64,000 bases of DNA from Alteromonadaceae bacterium (GTDB lineage: Bacteria; Pseudomonadota; Gammaproteobacteria; Enterobacterales; Alteromonadaceae). The notes below the pieces were generated by a model. It saw nothing but the letters and a program-made list of their open reading frames with translations, made no database searches and was not told the origin of the DNA. The DNA is taken from positions 880-64,879 of the forward strand of contig JAESPQ010000123.1 of NCBI GenBank assembly GCA_016765535.1, read 5' to 3'. Within the stretch, counting starts at the first letter, position 1, and every line of letters starts with the position of its first letter. Below, piece after piece: positions 31,388 to 42,054 of this stretch. The position numbers and the translations under genes are program-made.

Positions 31388-32713
31388 ATGACGCAACAGC
31401 ACATTTTACAAGTGAGTGAACTCACCAAAAAAGTACGTTTTCTTATAGAAAGTGAGCTTAATACGGTATGGTTAACGGGTGAAATATCTAATTTTATCGC
31501 GGCTAGCTCTGGTCATTGGTATTTATCATTAAAAGACAGTAAATCCCAAGTAAAGTGCGCGATGTTTAAAGGCAATAATCGTCGCGTTAGAATAACGCCC
31601 CGCAATGGTCAACAAGTGTTAGTGCGTGCAAAAGTATCATTGTATGAACCGCGCGGTGATTTTCAATTAATACTTGAGCAAATGGAAGATGCGGGTACTG
31701 GTTTATTACGGCAAAAATTTGAACAATTAAAAGATAAACTTGCGCTTGAAGGACTATTTTCACTTAGCCATAAAAACGCCTTACCAAGTCATATAAATTG
31801 TGTAGGTATAGTTACTTCAGCAACTGGCGCAGCAGTAAAAGATATTATCACGGTATTACAACGCCGTAATCCAAGTATATCAGTAATTATTTACCCGAGC
31901 TTAGTACAAGGCGATAATGCCGCCGCACAAATTAGCCAAGCGATAGCATTAGCGAATAATCGTAATGAATGCGATGTGCTTATTGTTGGTCGCGGTGGTG
32001 GTTCGTTAGAAGATTTATGGTGCTTTAATGAAGAAGCCGTTGTGCGCGCCATTTTTGCTAGCGCCTTGCCAATTATAAGTGCGGTGGGACATGAAATTGA
32101 TACCACCTTAAGTGATTATGTTGCCGATTTACGTGCCGCAACACCGTCAGCAGCCGCAGAATTAGTCTCGCAAGACAGCGGCGAACTATTAAAACTATTA
32201 CAGCATCTTCAACAACGCTTACAACACAGTATAAATCAAAAACAAGCACGCCAGCATCAGCAGTTATTAGCGTTACAACATCGTTTAGCACAAGTTCATC
32301 CTGAACAAAGATTACAGTTACAACAACAAAGATGTGATGATTTAACGCTACGTTTACAACAAGTTATTACTCGTGAATTAAAGCGTTTTAAGCAGCAACC
32401 CTTATATTTAGTTGAACGATTACAGCATTTATCACCCACAAAAAACATTCATTACTTACAACAATCCACTCAGCAATATCAACAACGTTTACAGGCAGCA
32501 ATGCAACATAAATTAAGTACTAGTGGTGATAAGTTTGCGGCGGTTATTGAACAATTGCATTTAGTTAGTCCGCTGGCAACCTTAGCGCGTGGTTATAGTA
32601 TTGTCCGTGATAAAAGTAACCAAACGATTAGTTCGAGTAAACAAGTGCAGAAGAATGAGACAATTAATATTCAATTAAATGATGGAACTATAAAAGCCAA
32701 AGTGATTGGTTAG
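31388..32713 (+). CDS. xseA: exodeoxyribonuclease VII large subunit
   Basis: N-terminal OB fold ([10 protein letters not shown]), [11 protein letters not shown] motif, Q-rich coiled coil. Divergent from guaB as in E. coli. Confidence 0.95.
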   Translation: MTQQHILQVSELTKKVRFLIESELNTVWLTGEISNFIAASSGHWYLSLKDSKSQVKCAMFKGNNRRVRITPRNGQQVLVRAKVSLYEPRGDFQLILEQMEDAGTGLLRQKFEQLKDKLALEGLFSLSHKNALPSHINCVGIVTSATGAAVKDIITVLQRRNPSISVIIYPSLVQGDNAAAQISQAIALANNRNECDVLIVGRGGGSLEDLWCFNEEAVVRAIFASALPIISAVGHEIDTTLSDYVADLRAATPSAAAELVSQDSGELLKLLQHLQQRLQHSINQKQARQHQQLLALQHRLAQVHPEQRLQLQQQRCDDLTLRLQQVITRELKRFKQQPLYLVERLQHLSPTKNIHYLQQSTQQYQQRLQAAMQHKLSTSGDKFAAVIEQLHLVSPLATLARGYSIVRDKSNQTISSSKQVQKNETINIQLNDGTIKAKVIG

Positions 32714-32726
32714 GCGGTTTAAGCAC

Positions 32727-33410
32727 TTAACCTTCATCACCCATCGTGGTTAATAGAAGTTTTTTTACTTTTTTACAATCCTTATCAGCAAAGCTTACCC
32801 CAATAGAAACCGCATTGGGTAATTGTTTAATATTACAAATGCTCACGCTTAATTCTAACGATCCTAGTTCTAAATAATCTTCAATCAGTAGCGGGCAATT
32901 TATTTCATGACTTAACGCAAGTTTTTCGCCACGTTCAATATAGAGCTGACAACCGCTGATAGATAAATCGGTAATTAGCACACGCCATTTTTTTTTGTTA
33001 AAAACAATAGCCGCTTTAATTTCGGTATCTATGCGAGTAAAGTGACGCAAACTTTGCAAACCAACTTCATTAGGAAATTCTAACACTAACAATTTAATAG
33101 GGTGCAGCACGGTTTGTTTTATTTTACTCGCAAAAGCGACTACTGCACCTTCATGCCCTTCAATAATACCTCGTACTGCCGTTTTAACTCCTTGCTTAAT
33201 ATGCACAGCAAAACTGCCGACTTTATTTGAATCAGGATATTGAATTAATACATAATTTTGCGGTAGATAACCAATAAAAGTAGTGCGATAACGTGCTTTT
33301 TGACCTGCTGGTGTTAAAATATCAAGAGTGATGGTAGAACCGGCTTGTAACAAACCTAAGTGTCGAGCTAAGCGATCTGCGGTAGTAACTTGTTTTTTTT
33401 CATCGACCAT
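32727..33410 (-). CDS. PilZ-domain c-di-GMP-binding protein (YcgR-like architecture)
   Basis: RHFTR (RxxxR) followed by DLSISGC (DxSxxG) in the C-terminal half, with a PilZN-like N-terminal half. Confidence 0.7.
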   Translation of the reverse strand: MVDEKKQVTTADRLARHLGLLQAGSTITLDILTPAGQKARYRTTFIGYLPQNYVLIQYPDSNKVGSFAVHIKQGVKTAVRGIIEGHEGAVVAFASKIKQTVLHPIKLLVLEFPNEVGLQSLRHFTRIDTEIKAAIVFNKKKWRVLITDLSISGCQLYIERGEKLALSHEINCPLLIEDYLELGSLELSVSICNIKQLPNAVSIGVSFADKDCKKVKKLLLTTMGDEG

Positions 33411-33529
33411 GAAGTTGAGAGAGTAATTAATTGGCAGGTACTATTAATTTAGCGCTTTTAATAGCAAAAATCCAATCATAGTGATTGGATTTTACAGCAA
33501 TGGCTTGTAACGGCATCCCTAAATACAGA

Positions 33530-35023
33530 TTAATCTTTTTTATAACCTTGTGTTGCTCTGGCTATTTTCTTTCTCTCGGTATAATTAAGCTTCTTTTTAC
33601 CTGCAAATGGATTACTGGTTTCCCTAAATTCAATACGAATAGGCGTGCCCATAATTTTTAACGATTTACGGTAATAATTCATCAAATAACGTTTGTAACT
33701 TTTAGGTAATTTTTTCGCCTGATTACCGTGAATAACAATTATTGGTGGATTATAACCACCTGCATGCGCATATTTTAATTTAATGCGACGACCTTGTGCC
33801 ATTGGTGGTTGATGATCAAATACTGCCATATCCAATATTTTAGTCACCATTGAGGTAGAAATACGTTTAGTAGCTGAGTCAAAGGCTTCTTCTACCGATT
33901 CATATAAATGTCCCACCCCCGTACCATGTAAGGCTGAAATAAAATGAATACGAGCAAAGTCGATAAATCCTAAACGGCGGTCAATTTCAGATTTAATTCT
34001 GTTTTTTACGTCTTCATCAAGACCATCCCATTTATTCACCGCTAAGACCAGTGAGCGCCCTGCTTCTAAAATAAACCCTAACAAACTTAAGTCTTGCTCG
34101 GCCAAACCTTCACGGGCATCAATAATCATTAAGCAAACATTCGCGTCTTCAATAGCGCGCAAAGTTTTAATCACTGAATATTTTTCAACAATATCAGTGA
34201 CATTTTTACGGCGACGAATACCTGCAGTGTCAATTAATACATATTCGCGACCATTACGTTCCATCGGAATATAAACACTGTCGCGTGTAGTGCCAGGCAT
34301 ATCAAAAACAACAACGCGGTCTTCACCTAAAATACGGTTAGTTAGTGTTGACTTACCGACATTAGGCTTACCAATAATGGCGAGTTTAATTTTGTCATCT
34401 TGTTGCGGTTCGTCAGCACTTTCATCAAGGCTTAGTTGTTCTAATTCTTCAACGCTTAATTCTTGTTCAAATTCATCCTGATCTTCATTTACGTTTTCAT
34501 TTGCATCTTTTGCAATTTGTTCAGCTAATTCTTCAATATGCGGTAACAGTGCTAAAGTAACTAATTGGGTAACACCGCGACCATGCGCAGCAGCAATTTT
34601 ATGTACCTCACCTAACGCCAACGAGTAAAATTCAGCGATTGCAGAATCAGCATCAATGCCATCTACTTTATTAGCCACTAAAAAAATACTTTTGTTTTGT
34701 TTACGTAAATGTTCAGCAATACTTTGATCGGCAGAGGTTAATCCTGCTCGAGCATCCACCAAAAATAATACTGCGTCGGCTTCTTCAATCGCCATAAGCG
34801 ATTGTTCAGCCATTAACGCATCAATACCTTCTTCATTGCCGTGAATACCTCCCGTATCAATAACAATAAAGGGGTGGCCTTCTACTTGCGCTTTACCATA
34901 TTGGCGATCACGCGTTAAACCGGGGTAATCGGCAACTAAAGCATCTCGGCTTCGCGTTAGACGATTAAATAAAGTTGATTTGCCCACATTAGGACGACCA
35001 ACAAGTGCTATAACAGGAAGCAT
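33530..35023 (-). CDS. der: ribosome-associated GTPase Der/EngA
   Basis: Tandem G domains GRPNVGKST and [10 protein letters not shown] set the start at the ATG at 35021-35023 (MLPVIALVG..., GAGG RBS) rather than the GTG at 35029. Confidence 0.95.
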   Translation of the reverse strand: MLPVIALVGRPNVGKSTLFNRLTRSRDALVADYPGLTRDRQYGKAQVEGHPFIVIDTGGIHGNEEGIDALMAEQSLMAIEEADAVLFLVDARAGLTSADQSIAEHLRKQNKSIFLVANKVDGIDADSAIAEFYSLALGEVHKIAAAHGRGVTQLVTLALLPHIEELAEQIAKDANENVNEDQDEFEQELSVEELEQLSLDESADEPQQDDKIKLAIIGKPNVGKSTLTNRILGEDRVVVFDMPGTTRDSVYIPMERNGREYVLIDTAGIRRRKNVTDIVEKYSVIKTLRAIEDANVCLMIIDAREGLAEQDLSLLGFILEAGRSLVLAVNKWDGLDEDVKNRIKSEIDRRLGFIDFARIHFISALHGTGVGHLYESVEEAFDSATKRISTSMVTKILDMAVFDHQPPMAQGRRIKLKYAHAGGYNPPIIVIHGNQAKKLPKSYKRYLMNYYRKSLKIMGTPIRIEFRETSNPFAGKKKLNYTERKKIARATQGYKKD

Positions 35024-35245
35024 GATCACCTCAAAAACTAATAAAACAAAACTTTATTTGGTTATGTCTATTATTTAAGTATATTAAATTTTTTAATTTT
35101 ATCGTCATACTGGTACTGAAACAAGTTAGGTATAACGACAGTGTAGTATCTTAAATGAACAACAATGTTCTAAGACTTAATAAATAAACAACGGCTCCAA
35201 TGCTTATTAACATGGGAGCCGTTTATAACTTTAGCCCAAAAACGC

Positions 35246-36439
35246 TTAAGGCGTTTTTATTGCTTCAATATCACCATCACGAGATTCAGCATAAATAATA
35301 CCTTTATCTACTATAGGTGTCGCGTAAATTGCACTGTTATCAACTTGATGACGAGCAACCATTTCACCTGTTTCTTTGTCTATCCAATGCAAGTAACCCT
35401 CAAAGTCACCAACAACAATATATTTACCCACCACAACAGGGCCAGTGACACCACGATTAGTTAGTAATAATTGGCTCCATTGTTCTAAACCATTAATACG
35501 TCCAATAGAATACACATGACCTTTAATGTCAGTTATATAAATATTATTACCTTCTAAAGCGATACTGCGATAAGAAGAATACTGGCGTTTCCAAACAATA
35601 CGACCACTGCGTAAATCAATTGCAGCTAAACTACCACGAGAAGAAATTGCATATAATTTATCACCAAAAACAATAGGTGAGCTGTCTATGTCAATAACAC
35701 GATCTAACTCAGTAGAACCGGTGGCATCGCCAAGCGCAGTCGTCCAACCTTCTTGACCAGACGTTAGCATATAAACAGTCATATCACCTGACGCACCGCC
35801 AACTAACACGCCTCCCGAAGCAATAACAGGTGAGCTAGTACCTCGTAGCGATAAAGGTGGTACTTCTTGTTCTATACTCCAAACTTCTTTACCGTCTTTC
35901 GCATCAAAGGCTTTAACTAAGCCCGACACGGTATTTACCACGACAATGCCAGAGTCAATAGCAGGAGCGGCAATAATTTCGCCTTTCGCTTCACTTTGCC
36001 ATAACAAGTCACCTGTTTTAGCATCTAACGCATAAAGTTCACCGTTTTCGCTACCAACAAAAACTTTATCCATACCCGCAACAACGCCACCAGATAACAT
36101 GGCTGACTTTCTGCTATCAAAAAATCCAGATTTGAATTTTAATGCACTAATATCGGTATGCCACTGCTCTTTACCCGTATCAATATTAAACGCGTAAACA
36201 TCACCATCACGATTTGCACTAAAAAGAGCACCATAAGCAACTGTCGACTTTAGTCGAGAAAAGTACCCATCAATGCCATCTATATTTTTAGACCACAACG
36301 TATCAACTTTAAATTGTTGGGTTATTTCAGGTAATTCAGCAACTTTGGTTGCTTCATCTTCATCATCCGTTGATGAACACGCCATTAAAGTACTAGAAAG
36401 CATTAATATTGCTAATAATTTTTTATTTATAAATTTCAC
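35246..36439 (-). CDS. bamB: outer membrane protein assembly factor BamB (GTG start)
   Basis: Lipobox LMACSS, repeated PQQ-like beta-propeller blades, der-bamB-yfgM-hisS synteny. Confidence 0.9.
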   Translation of the reverse strand: MKFINKKLLAILMLSSTLMACSSTDDEDEATKVAELPEITQQFKVDTLWSKNIDGIDGYFSRLKSTVAYGALFSANRDGDVYAFNIDTGKEQWHTDISALKFKSGFFDSRKSAMLSGGVVAGMDKVFVGSENGELYALDAKTGDLLWQSEAKGEIIAAPAIDSGIVVVNTVSGLVKAFDAKDGKEVWSIEQEVPPLSLRGTSSPVIASGGVLVGGASGDMTVYMLTSGQEGWTTALGDATGSTELDRVIDIDSSPIVFGDKLYAISSRGSLAAIDLRSGRIVWKRQYSSYRSIALEGNNIYITDIKGHVYSIGRINGLEQWSQLLLTNRGVTGPVVVGKYIVVGDFEGYLHWIDKETGEMVARHQVDNSAIYATPIVDKGIIYAESRDGDIEAIKTP

Positions 36440-36481
36440 ACATCACCCAAAGGTTAATTAAACAGCTAAAATTAAAAACGA

Positions 36482-37111
36482 TTAATCAAGCGCAATGGCT
36501 AAATCATCAATTTTCATTTGTAATACTGAGCTTGCTTTTAAACCATCATTATCAATTGCCGTTTGATAGGCTGTACGTGCTAAATCATTTTTACCTTGCA
36601 GTACATAAATATCGCCTTTTGCTTCTTCGATACTCGCAATAAATGATTCAGGCATAACGTTCGCTAAATTAGCTAACGCTTTATCGTACTGTTTTAATTG
36701 TGTTTGCAATTGCGCTAAGCGTATTATGGCAATGGCTTTTATGCCTGCATTAGGTGCTTTATCAATTGCCGTTTGTAAATATTTAACCGCTTGAGTGTAA
36801 TCTTTATGACTTAATACATTTTTCGCCATAGCGAATGCCGTTAATGAGGCATAGCTAGAATCTTTATGTTGCGCAATAAATACCGCTGCTTTTTGATTAA
36901 ATTCTTCCGGTTTCTTATCGGCTAATTCCATATTGACCATATAGGTATCCGCAGTTTTTTGTTGCTCAGCCAATTGATGATCTTGATAATAATTTAAACC
37001 GATAAAGCCAGAAAAACCGATCACTAAACCCGCAATTATTGAATTGCCATTCTCACTCCAAAAACTTTTAATCGCTTCTACTTGTTGTTCTTCTGTTTGA
37101 TAAATTTCCAC
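36482..37111 (-). CDS. yfgM: YfgM-family ancillary SecYEG translocon subunit (GTG start)
   Basis: MEIYQTEEQQVEAIKSFW parallels E. coli YfgM. Single TM segment plus a TPR-like domain. Confidence 0.85.
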   Translation of the reverse strand: MEIYQTEEQQVEAIKSFWSENGNSIIAGLVIGFSGFIGLNYYQDHQLAEQQKTADTYMVNMELADKKPEEFNQKAAVFIAQHKDSSYASLTAFAMAKNVLSHKDYTQAVKYLQTAIDKAPNAGIKAIAIIRLAQLQTQLKQYDKALANLANVMPESFIASIEEAKGDIYVLQGKNDLARTAYQTAIDNDGLKASSVLQMKIDDLAIALD

Positions 37112-37156
37112 AACTTAACCCTTTTAATTCTTTGTATTCGTTTTTATATTAACGGT

Positions 37157-38431
37157 TTATAATAATGTTTCTAAAAAAGCTGGCACTTGGTTAAAGTCCA
37201 TACTTTGCTGTTCTTTTCGTTCACGTAAATATTTAATAGTGACCTTTTGTGTCGCTATTTCATCTTCACCCAAAATAATCGCAATGCTAGCACCTGACTT
37301 ATCAGCGCGCTTCATTTGTTTTTTAAAATTACCACCACCACAATGACATTGAATGCGAATATCTTGTACTTTATCTCGCCACTGCTCAGCTAATTGATTA
37401 GCTTTAATATCAACACCATCGCCTAACATTGCCACATAAACATCAACTTGTGGACGAATATTTTGTGCTTTGTCAAGGCTAGTTAACATCAACACCAAAC
37501 GTTCAATACCTAAAGCAAAACCAAATGCAGGTGTTGCTTTGCCGCCTAACTGCTCAACTAAGCCGTCATAACGACCACCAGCACAAATAGTACCTTGTGC
37601 ACCTAAACTGCTAGTAACCCATTCAAATACAGTACGATTATAATAATCTAAGCCACGTACTAAGCGGTCATTTAACACATATTTTATGCCTGCCGCCTCT
37701 AAACGCTGACACAAACTAGCAAAATGCTGCTGCGACTCTTGCGTTAAATAGTCTGATAGCTTAGGTGCATCAACTAAAACTGCTTGCACCTCAGAATTTT
37801 TACTATCGAGTACACGCAAAGGATTACTATGCATTCTGCGTTTACTGTCTTCATCTAATTTTTCTTGATGAAGGGTTAAATATTCAATCAATGCTTCACG
37901 ATACTTTGCTCGTTCTTCATTTGAACCTAACGAATTTAGCTCTAGTGTGACCACGTCTTCGATGCCAAGTTCCCGCCAAAGTCGCGCAGAGAGCATAATT
38001 ATTTCAGCGTCGATGTCAGCACTAGCAAAACCAAAAGCTTCAATACCAAATTGATGAAATTGACGATAACGACCTTTTTGTGGACGTTCATGGCGAAACA
38101 TTGGCCCCATATACCATAAACGCTGCTCTTGGTTGTACAATAAACCATGTTGATTACCCGCACGCACGCAGCTTGCTGTACCTTCTGGACGCAAGGTTAA
38201 GCTGTCACCATTTCGGTCTTCAAAAGTGTACATTTCTTTTTCTACAATATCGGTAACTTCGCCAATAGAGCGCTTAAATAAAGCAGTAGACTCAACAATG
38301 GGCATACGTATTTCACTAAAACCATAGTTGCTGGCAACGCGTCTTAATACCGTTTCGACCATTTGCCAAATATTTGTTTCGTTAGGTAGGCAGTCGTTCA
38401 TGCCTCTAATTGCCTGAATTGCTTTACTCAC
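37157..38431 (-). CDS. hisS: histidine--tRNA ligase (GTG start)
   Basis: [10 protein letters not shown]-terminus and class II motif [16 protein letters not shown]. Confidence 0.95.
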   Translation of the reverse strand: MSKAIQAIRGMNDCLPNETNIWQMVETVLRRVASNYGFSEIRMPIVESTALFKRSIGEVTDIVEKEMYTFEDRNGDSLTLRPEGTASCVRAGNQHGLLYNQEQRLWYMGPMFRHERPQKGRYRQFHQFGIEAFGFASADIDAEIIMLSARLWRELGIEDVVTLELNSLGSNEERAKYREALIEYLTLHQEKLDEDSKRRMHSNPLRVLDSKNSEVQAVLVDAPKLSDYLTQESQQHFASLCQRLEAAGIKYVLNDRLVRGLDYYNRTVFEWVTSSLGAQGTICAGGRYDGLVEQLGGKATPAFGFALGIERLVLMLTSLDKAQNIRPQVDVYVAMLGDGVDIKANQLAEQWRDKVQDIRIQCHCGGGNFKKQMKRADKSGASIAIILGEDEIATQKVTIKYLRERKEQQSMDFNQVPAFLETLL

Positions 38432-38535
38432 TTAGCGGATTCTCTCTTACTGATAAAAAATGCAACGTGCATTATAGGCAGATTAAGGGTAAACGTAAAT
38501 AAAATTACCGTTTAATACGAAACAATATATTAAGA

Positions 38536-39039
38536 CTAATTAACCCAATCTTTACCTTTATTCGCCGCTAAAGAAATACATACCACTTCAGTATTGGTTA
38601 AACGATCTTGAAAACTTAATTTATTTTTGCGATCAAACAACACTAAAACATTTCCCGCCCCTAATAAAGTTGGCAAAATTCGTTTTAGGCCTGTCATTAT
38701 AGAAATTAAGCTACCGTCTTGATTTTGCACACGTAAACGCCATGCGCGCATACCTAACGTTTGTCCACTTTTAGCCCAAAAATAAACAAAGAAAAACACC
38801 ACCCAACCTAACTTCCATGCTTCATTAGTATATTTATAAAGAGTGTTTTGCATTAACACATCAATATCGTGTTGATAACCTGCCATATCGATAAAGCCAA
38901 ACTGAATCAATAAATAAAAAAGGCCAAACGACACCGCTCCTGCAATCATATAAACCGCCATAGCAATTAAAAAGTCATAAAACCAACCACCAAAACGACG
39001 AAAAAAACCAGCACGAGGAAAAACAGACTCAGCAGACAT
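38536..39039 (-). CDS. RDD-family membrane protein
   Basis: Three TM segments with the R...D...D pattern (FFRRFGGWFYDFLI...GQTLGMRAWRL). Confidence 0.7.
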   Translation of the reverse strand: MSAESVFPRAGFFRRFGGWFYDFLIAMAVYMIAGAVSFGLFYLLIQFGFIDMAGYQHDIDVLMQNTLYKYTNEAWKLGWVVFFFVYFWAKSGQTLGMRAWRLRVQNQDGSLISIMTGLKRILPTLLGAGNVLVLFDRKNKLSFQDRLTNTEVVCISLAANKGKDWVN

Positions 39040-39256
39040 AAAAATAACCCTACAAAAATTTGTCGCTAGTCTAGCAAAATTAACGACATTGTTGAATTTT
39101 ATCGCTGGCTATATTTCTTAAACAAGCAACCCAAGCAAATCATTTGCACAAATAACCAGCAAACAACGCTGTTAACTATAAAAACGGTTGCTTAACTGAC
39201 AAGTTTAATTATAATGCCAATCTCTTGAAAAGCTTATTACAAGCTCTATTCATAAT

Positions 39257-39295
39257 GCCGGTGTGGTGAAATTGGTATACACGACGGATTCAAAA
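39257..39295 (+). pseudogene. 5' half of a disrupted host tRNA-Leu(CAA) (attL side)
   Basis: GCCGGTGTGGTGAAATTGGTATACACGACGGATTCAAAA runs from the acceptor 5' strand through the anticodon loop, then diverges. Its anticodon-stem strand ACGGA pairs with TCCGT at 48037-48041. Confidence 0.85.
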
Positions 39296-39441
39296 AACAA
39301 AGCGTATTCGCTATGATTTTTGTAACTCATTGAAAGTTAAATTTCTTTCAATTAAAAATAAATAAAAATTGCTCGTAAAGTTTTGTAAAGTTTCTTGTGA
39401 AGTAATTTTACAAAACCTTATGTTTTAGGTTTAACCGTTTT

Positions 39442-39526
39442 GCCGGTGTGATGAAATTGGTATACATGGTTGATTCAAAATCAACTGCCTTCGGGCGTGG
39501 CGGTTCGAGTCCGCCCACCGGTACCA
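39442..39526 (+). tRNA. tRNA-Leu(CAA), complete, carried just inside the island's left end
   Basis: GCCGGTGTGATGAAATTGGTATACATGGTTGATTCAAAATCAACTGCCTTCGGGCGTGGCGGTTCGAGTCCGCCCACCGGTACCA, 85 nt. Relative to the split host copy it has compensatory D-stem (ATG/CAT) and anticodon-stem (GTTGA/TCAAC) changes. Confidence 0.9.
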
Positions 39527-39535
39527 CTAATAACA

Positions 39536-39566
39536 AGCCCTACTCTTAATTGAGTAGGGCTTTTTA
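39536..39566 (+). terminator. rho-independent terminator after the island tRNA-Leu
   Basis: AGCCCTACTC-TTAATT-GAGTAGGGCT, a 10 bp stem followed by TTTTT. Confidence 0.8.
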
Positions 39567-40004
39567 TTACATCAATCCTTTTTCATTTAGACTTACAAAA
39601 CCGTCCTCGCCAATAATAATATGGTCTAAAACCTTTATATCCAAAAGTTCAGCCACTTTCTGCATCCTCTTTGTAAATTGAATATCGCTTTGGCTTGGTG
39701 TTGGCACACCTGACGGGTGATTGTGCGCTAATATGACAGCAGGCGCGTTTATAATGACGGCTGTGCGTAATACTTCCGATGGCCTTAATGAAACTGAATT
39801 GACTGTGCCACTGGCGACAACTTCGTAATTCATAATGGTGTGCTGATTGGATAAGTTGATAACCACAAACTTCTCTTTTGGTTCAAACTTTAAGAAGTTA
39901 AATGCGCTATAAACTTTATGTGGTGCGTCAAGTAATTTGCCAGTGATATCACAATCAACTTGAGTAAACTTATAACGCACCTCTATTTCTCGTAAGATTG
40001 CCAT
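39567..40004 (-). CDS. RadC-like JAB/MPN domain protein
   Basis: HNHPSG JAMM-type motif in ...VILAHNHPSGVPTPSQSDIQFT. The 145 aa short form is typical of mobile-element RadC. Confidence 0.85.
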   Translation of the reverse strand: MAILREIEVRYKFTQVDCDITGKLLDAPHKVYSAFNFLKFEPKEKFVVINLSNQHTIMNYEVVASGTVNSVSLRPSEVLRTAVIINAPAVILAHNHPSGVPTPSQSDIQFTKRMQKVAELLDIKVLDHIIIGEDGFVSLNEKGLM

Positions 40005-40150
40005 TATCGCAAAGACTGCTTTTTGCCTTTACAATACGGGCATATCTGCCCACGACAATTCTGCTTGTTGCACGATACCATTTTGCATCTAACACAGATT
40101 TTAAGTAATCCCCACTTTTTACAGCAGGGACAGAAGCCCATCTGCGCCAT
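40004..40150 (-). CDS. 48 aa cysteine-rich (11 Cys) small protein, not in the ORF track
   Basis: MAQMGFCPCCKKWGLLKICVRCKMVSCNKQNCRGQICPYCKGKKQSLR. Both its start and its stop form TAATG overlaps with the flanking genes. Confidence 0.55.
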   Translation of the reverse strand: MAQMGFCPCCKKWGLLKICVRCKMVSCNKQNCRGQICPYCKGKKQSLR

Positions 40151-40587
40151 TATTTAGACTTTCTCGGTGGTGCTTTGATGGCATTTAACTGGTTACCTAA
40201 CTCACCATTTTTAACTGCTTCGATAATGGTGTTTAGTATTGGTAAAAGGTTTTCTTTTTTACCGACAGTTATCGCAGTTTTCCCCTTGGACAACTCTAAT
40301 GATTTACTTCCGTATTTTACTTCTAAGTAATAACAGTCTTTCAATTCATAAAACCAAGGTCGAATACGCTTAGGCACTTTAACTTTATTTTTCACGCCAC
40401 TCTCTGAATCTGTGACTATTTTGAACTTATAAGCGGTGAACTCAGTGTTTTCTAATAAACACTTCGCCATTTCTTGTTGTTCTGTGAGTTTTAATAATAA
40501 CTTACTTCGGCGCTTTTCGATTGATGATAGTTTTACTTTTTCTGGTTTAGTTGTAAGTGACAACTGGCTTAATAAAGATTTACTCAT
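40150..40587 (-). CDS. hypothetical lysine-rich protein
   Basis: 145 aa ORF with ATG start and a 1 nt stop/start overlap with the next gene. No motif recognised. Confidence 0.55.
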   Translation of the reverse strand: MSKSLLSQLSLTTKPEKVKLSSIEKRRSKLLLKLTEQQEMAKCLLENTEFTAYKFKIVTDSESGVKNKVKVPKRIRPWFYELKDCYYLEVKYGSKSLELSKGKTAITVGKKENLLPILNTIIEAVKNGELGNQLNAIKAPPRKSK

Positions 40588-40660
40588 TTGGCTCTACCTC
40601 TCGTTTAATGATTAAAACGATGGTAAAGCCGATGTGAAATGGTCGGCAACCTATATAGAA

Positions 40661-40972
40661 TTATTCTTTCGGTGTTTGATGCTCGCTAAGACAACGGTTT
40701 TGAATACCATAAGCCAGTGCTTGCCTAAGTGTATCAAGTTCGGTTTTTGCTTTAATGATGGTGGCACTATCACAGCCATCTAAATACATCGACTGCTTCA
40801 CCAGAGAATAATAAAGCATATTCATCACGGCAATGCCCGGCTGTTTATCGCTCGCCTTAACTACCGAATAATAGTTCGGTGCTCGACCTAAATACTCTCG
40901 GCTAAATTGATACCCTGTTTTACAGAGTCCCAAGTCTTTCAAACTCGCATATATCGCGTCTAAATCATTCAT
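40661..40972 (-). CDS. hypothetical protein
   Basis: 103 aa ORF with ATG start, heading the minus-strand operon that ends in radC. Confidence 0.5.
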   Translation of the reverse strand: MNDLDAIYASLKDLGLCKTGYQFSREYLGRAPNYYSVVKASDKQPGIAVMNMLYYSLVKQSMYLDGCDSATIIKAKTELDTLRQALAYGIQNRCLSEHQTPKE

Positions 40973-41275
40973 AGTTTCAGCCCTAAATCGTCGGTTGGTT
41001 TTTTACTGCCTAATATGGCTTGCTTGGCAGTATTTGGGGTTGGCTTACCTTATCTACTTGTATTTATCACTTGTGTTGAAAAATTAGCGAGAAAAATGAC
41101 TTTTAATAACGACTTGGAAAAATGAGTTTTGGGTGGATCGAGCGGCACAGTAATACTGGTGGAAAAAAGATTACGGAAAAAGGCTATTTTCATACAGTTT
41201 TTTACTGTTTTTTAGCGAAAAGAGATAAATAGAATGATAGGGAAATAAACATAAGCAATAAAACAAGGATTAGTT

Positions 41276-41899
41276 ATGAAGAAAATACGGAGATTAAAAG
41301 CAGCACCCAAAAGGCAATTTTTAGAAAAATTTTACCGAATGACTAAAGTTCAACAACAAGCAGTAGGTAGGCTAACCAATGGCAATTTCAAACCAGACTT
41401 GGCGGTGACGCTTACTTTTACCGAATGCCCATTTGACAGCAACGTCAACACGCACAACAAGCAACGAACTAATGACCAATATCATTTTTGTGATAAACAA
41501 TTTCGTAAATTGATGTGCCGCTTGAATAAGGCTTATATGGGTAGTCGATGGACTAAAGAAAACAAGCAAGATGTTATTCAGGTGTTTGCTGTTATAGAAA
41601 TTAGTAAAAATAACCGCTACCACTATCATCTTGCTTTTGAAGTGCCAACAACTAAAGCAAGCCTAACAAGGCAAAAACAAACCAAAGAGGAGTTTCAAGA
41701 TTGCATCATCAAACACTGGAATAGGTTTGGCTATGTGCATAAACCTAAAGACCCAAGTGATAAAAAGAAAACTCCAAAAGCAATACCTCAAATTAAGTTC
41801 AGAGATATTACCGATAACGGCTGGATTGAATACATTACTAAGGACTTACACAAAGACAGTGGCTTAGGCTACTGTGAGTATTCCAATTTTTCATATTAG
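41276..41899 (+). CDS. HUH-motif Rep-like protein (YagK/YfjJ, inovirus Gp2-like candidate)
   Basis: AVTLTFTE (motif I-like), RYHYHLAFE (HUH-like), WIEYITKD (Tyr motif). The 207 aa size and island context resemble the E. coli CP4-type yagK/yfjJ genes, from memory only. Confidence 0.45.
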   Translation: MKKIRRLKAAPKRQFLEKFYRMTKVQQQAVGRLTNGNFKPDLAVTLTFTECPFDSNVNTHNKQRTNDQYHFCDKQFRKLMCRLNKAYMGSRWTKENKQDVIQVFAVIEISKNNRYHYHLAFEVPTTKASLTRQKQTKEEFQDCIIKHWNRFGYVHKPKDPSDKKKTPKAIPQIKFRDITDNGWIEYITKDLHKDSGLGYCEYSNFSY

Positions 41900-42018
41900 T
41901 TCAAGTGGCATTCCATATTTACTATTAAGAGCAATTGACATCAATTTACACAAGGATAAGCCTACTGGACTGGGCTTTAATAGCGAAGCGTTGATAAAAT
42001 ATAATCCACTCTCAAGTG

Positions 42019-42054
42019 TTTCTCATAGTGCTTTCTATAGTGTTTCTCATCGTG
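42019..42054. repeat. three tandem 12-mers (iteron-like) downstream of the Rep-like gene
   Basis: TTTCTCATAGTG / CTTTCTATAGTG / TTTCTCATCGTG. Flanked by CACTCTCAAGT copies at 42007-42017 and 42127-42137 (120 bp apart). Confidence 0.6.

Noticed and set aside
39225-39256. Possible promoter elements upstream of the split tRNA-Leu 5' half (TTGAAA...CATAAT) and upstream of the island tRNA (TTTACA-N17-TTTAAC).
   Set aside because: Spacing and -10 quality are ambiguous. I could not define them confidently enough to annotate.
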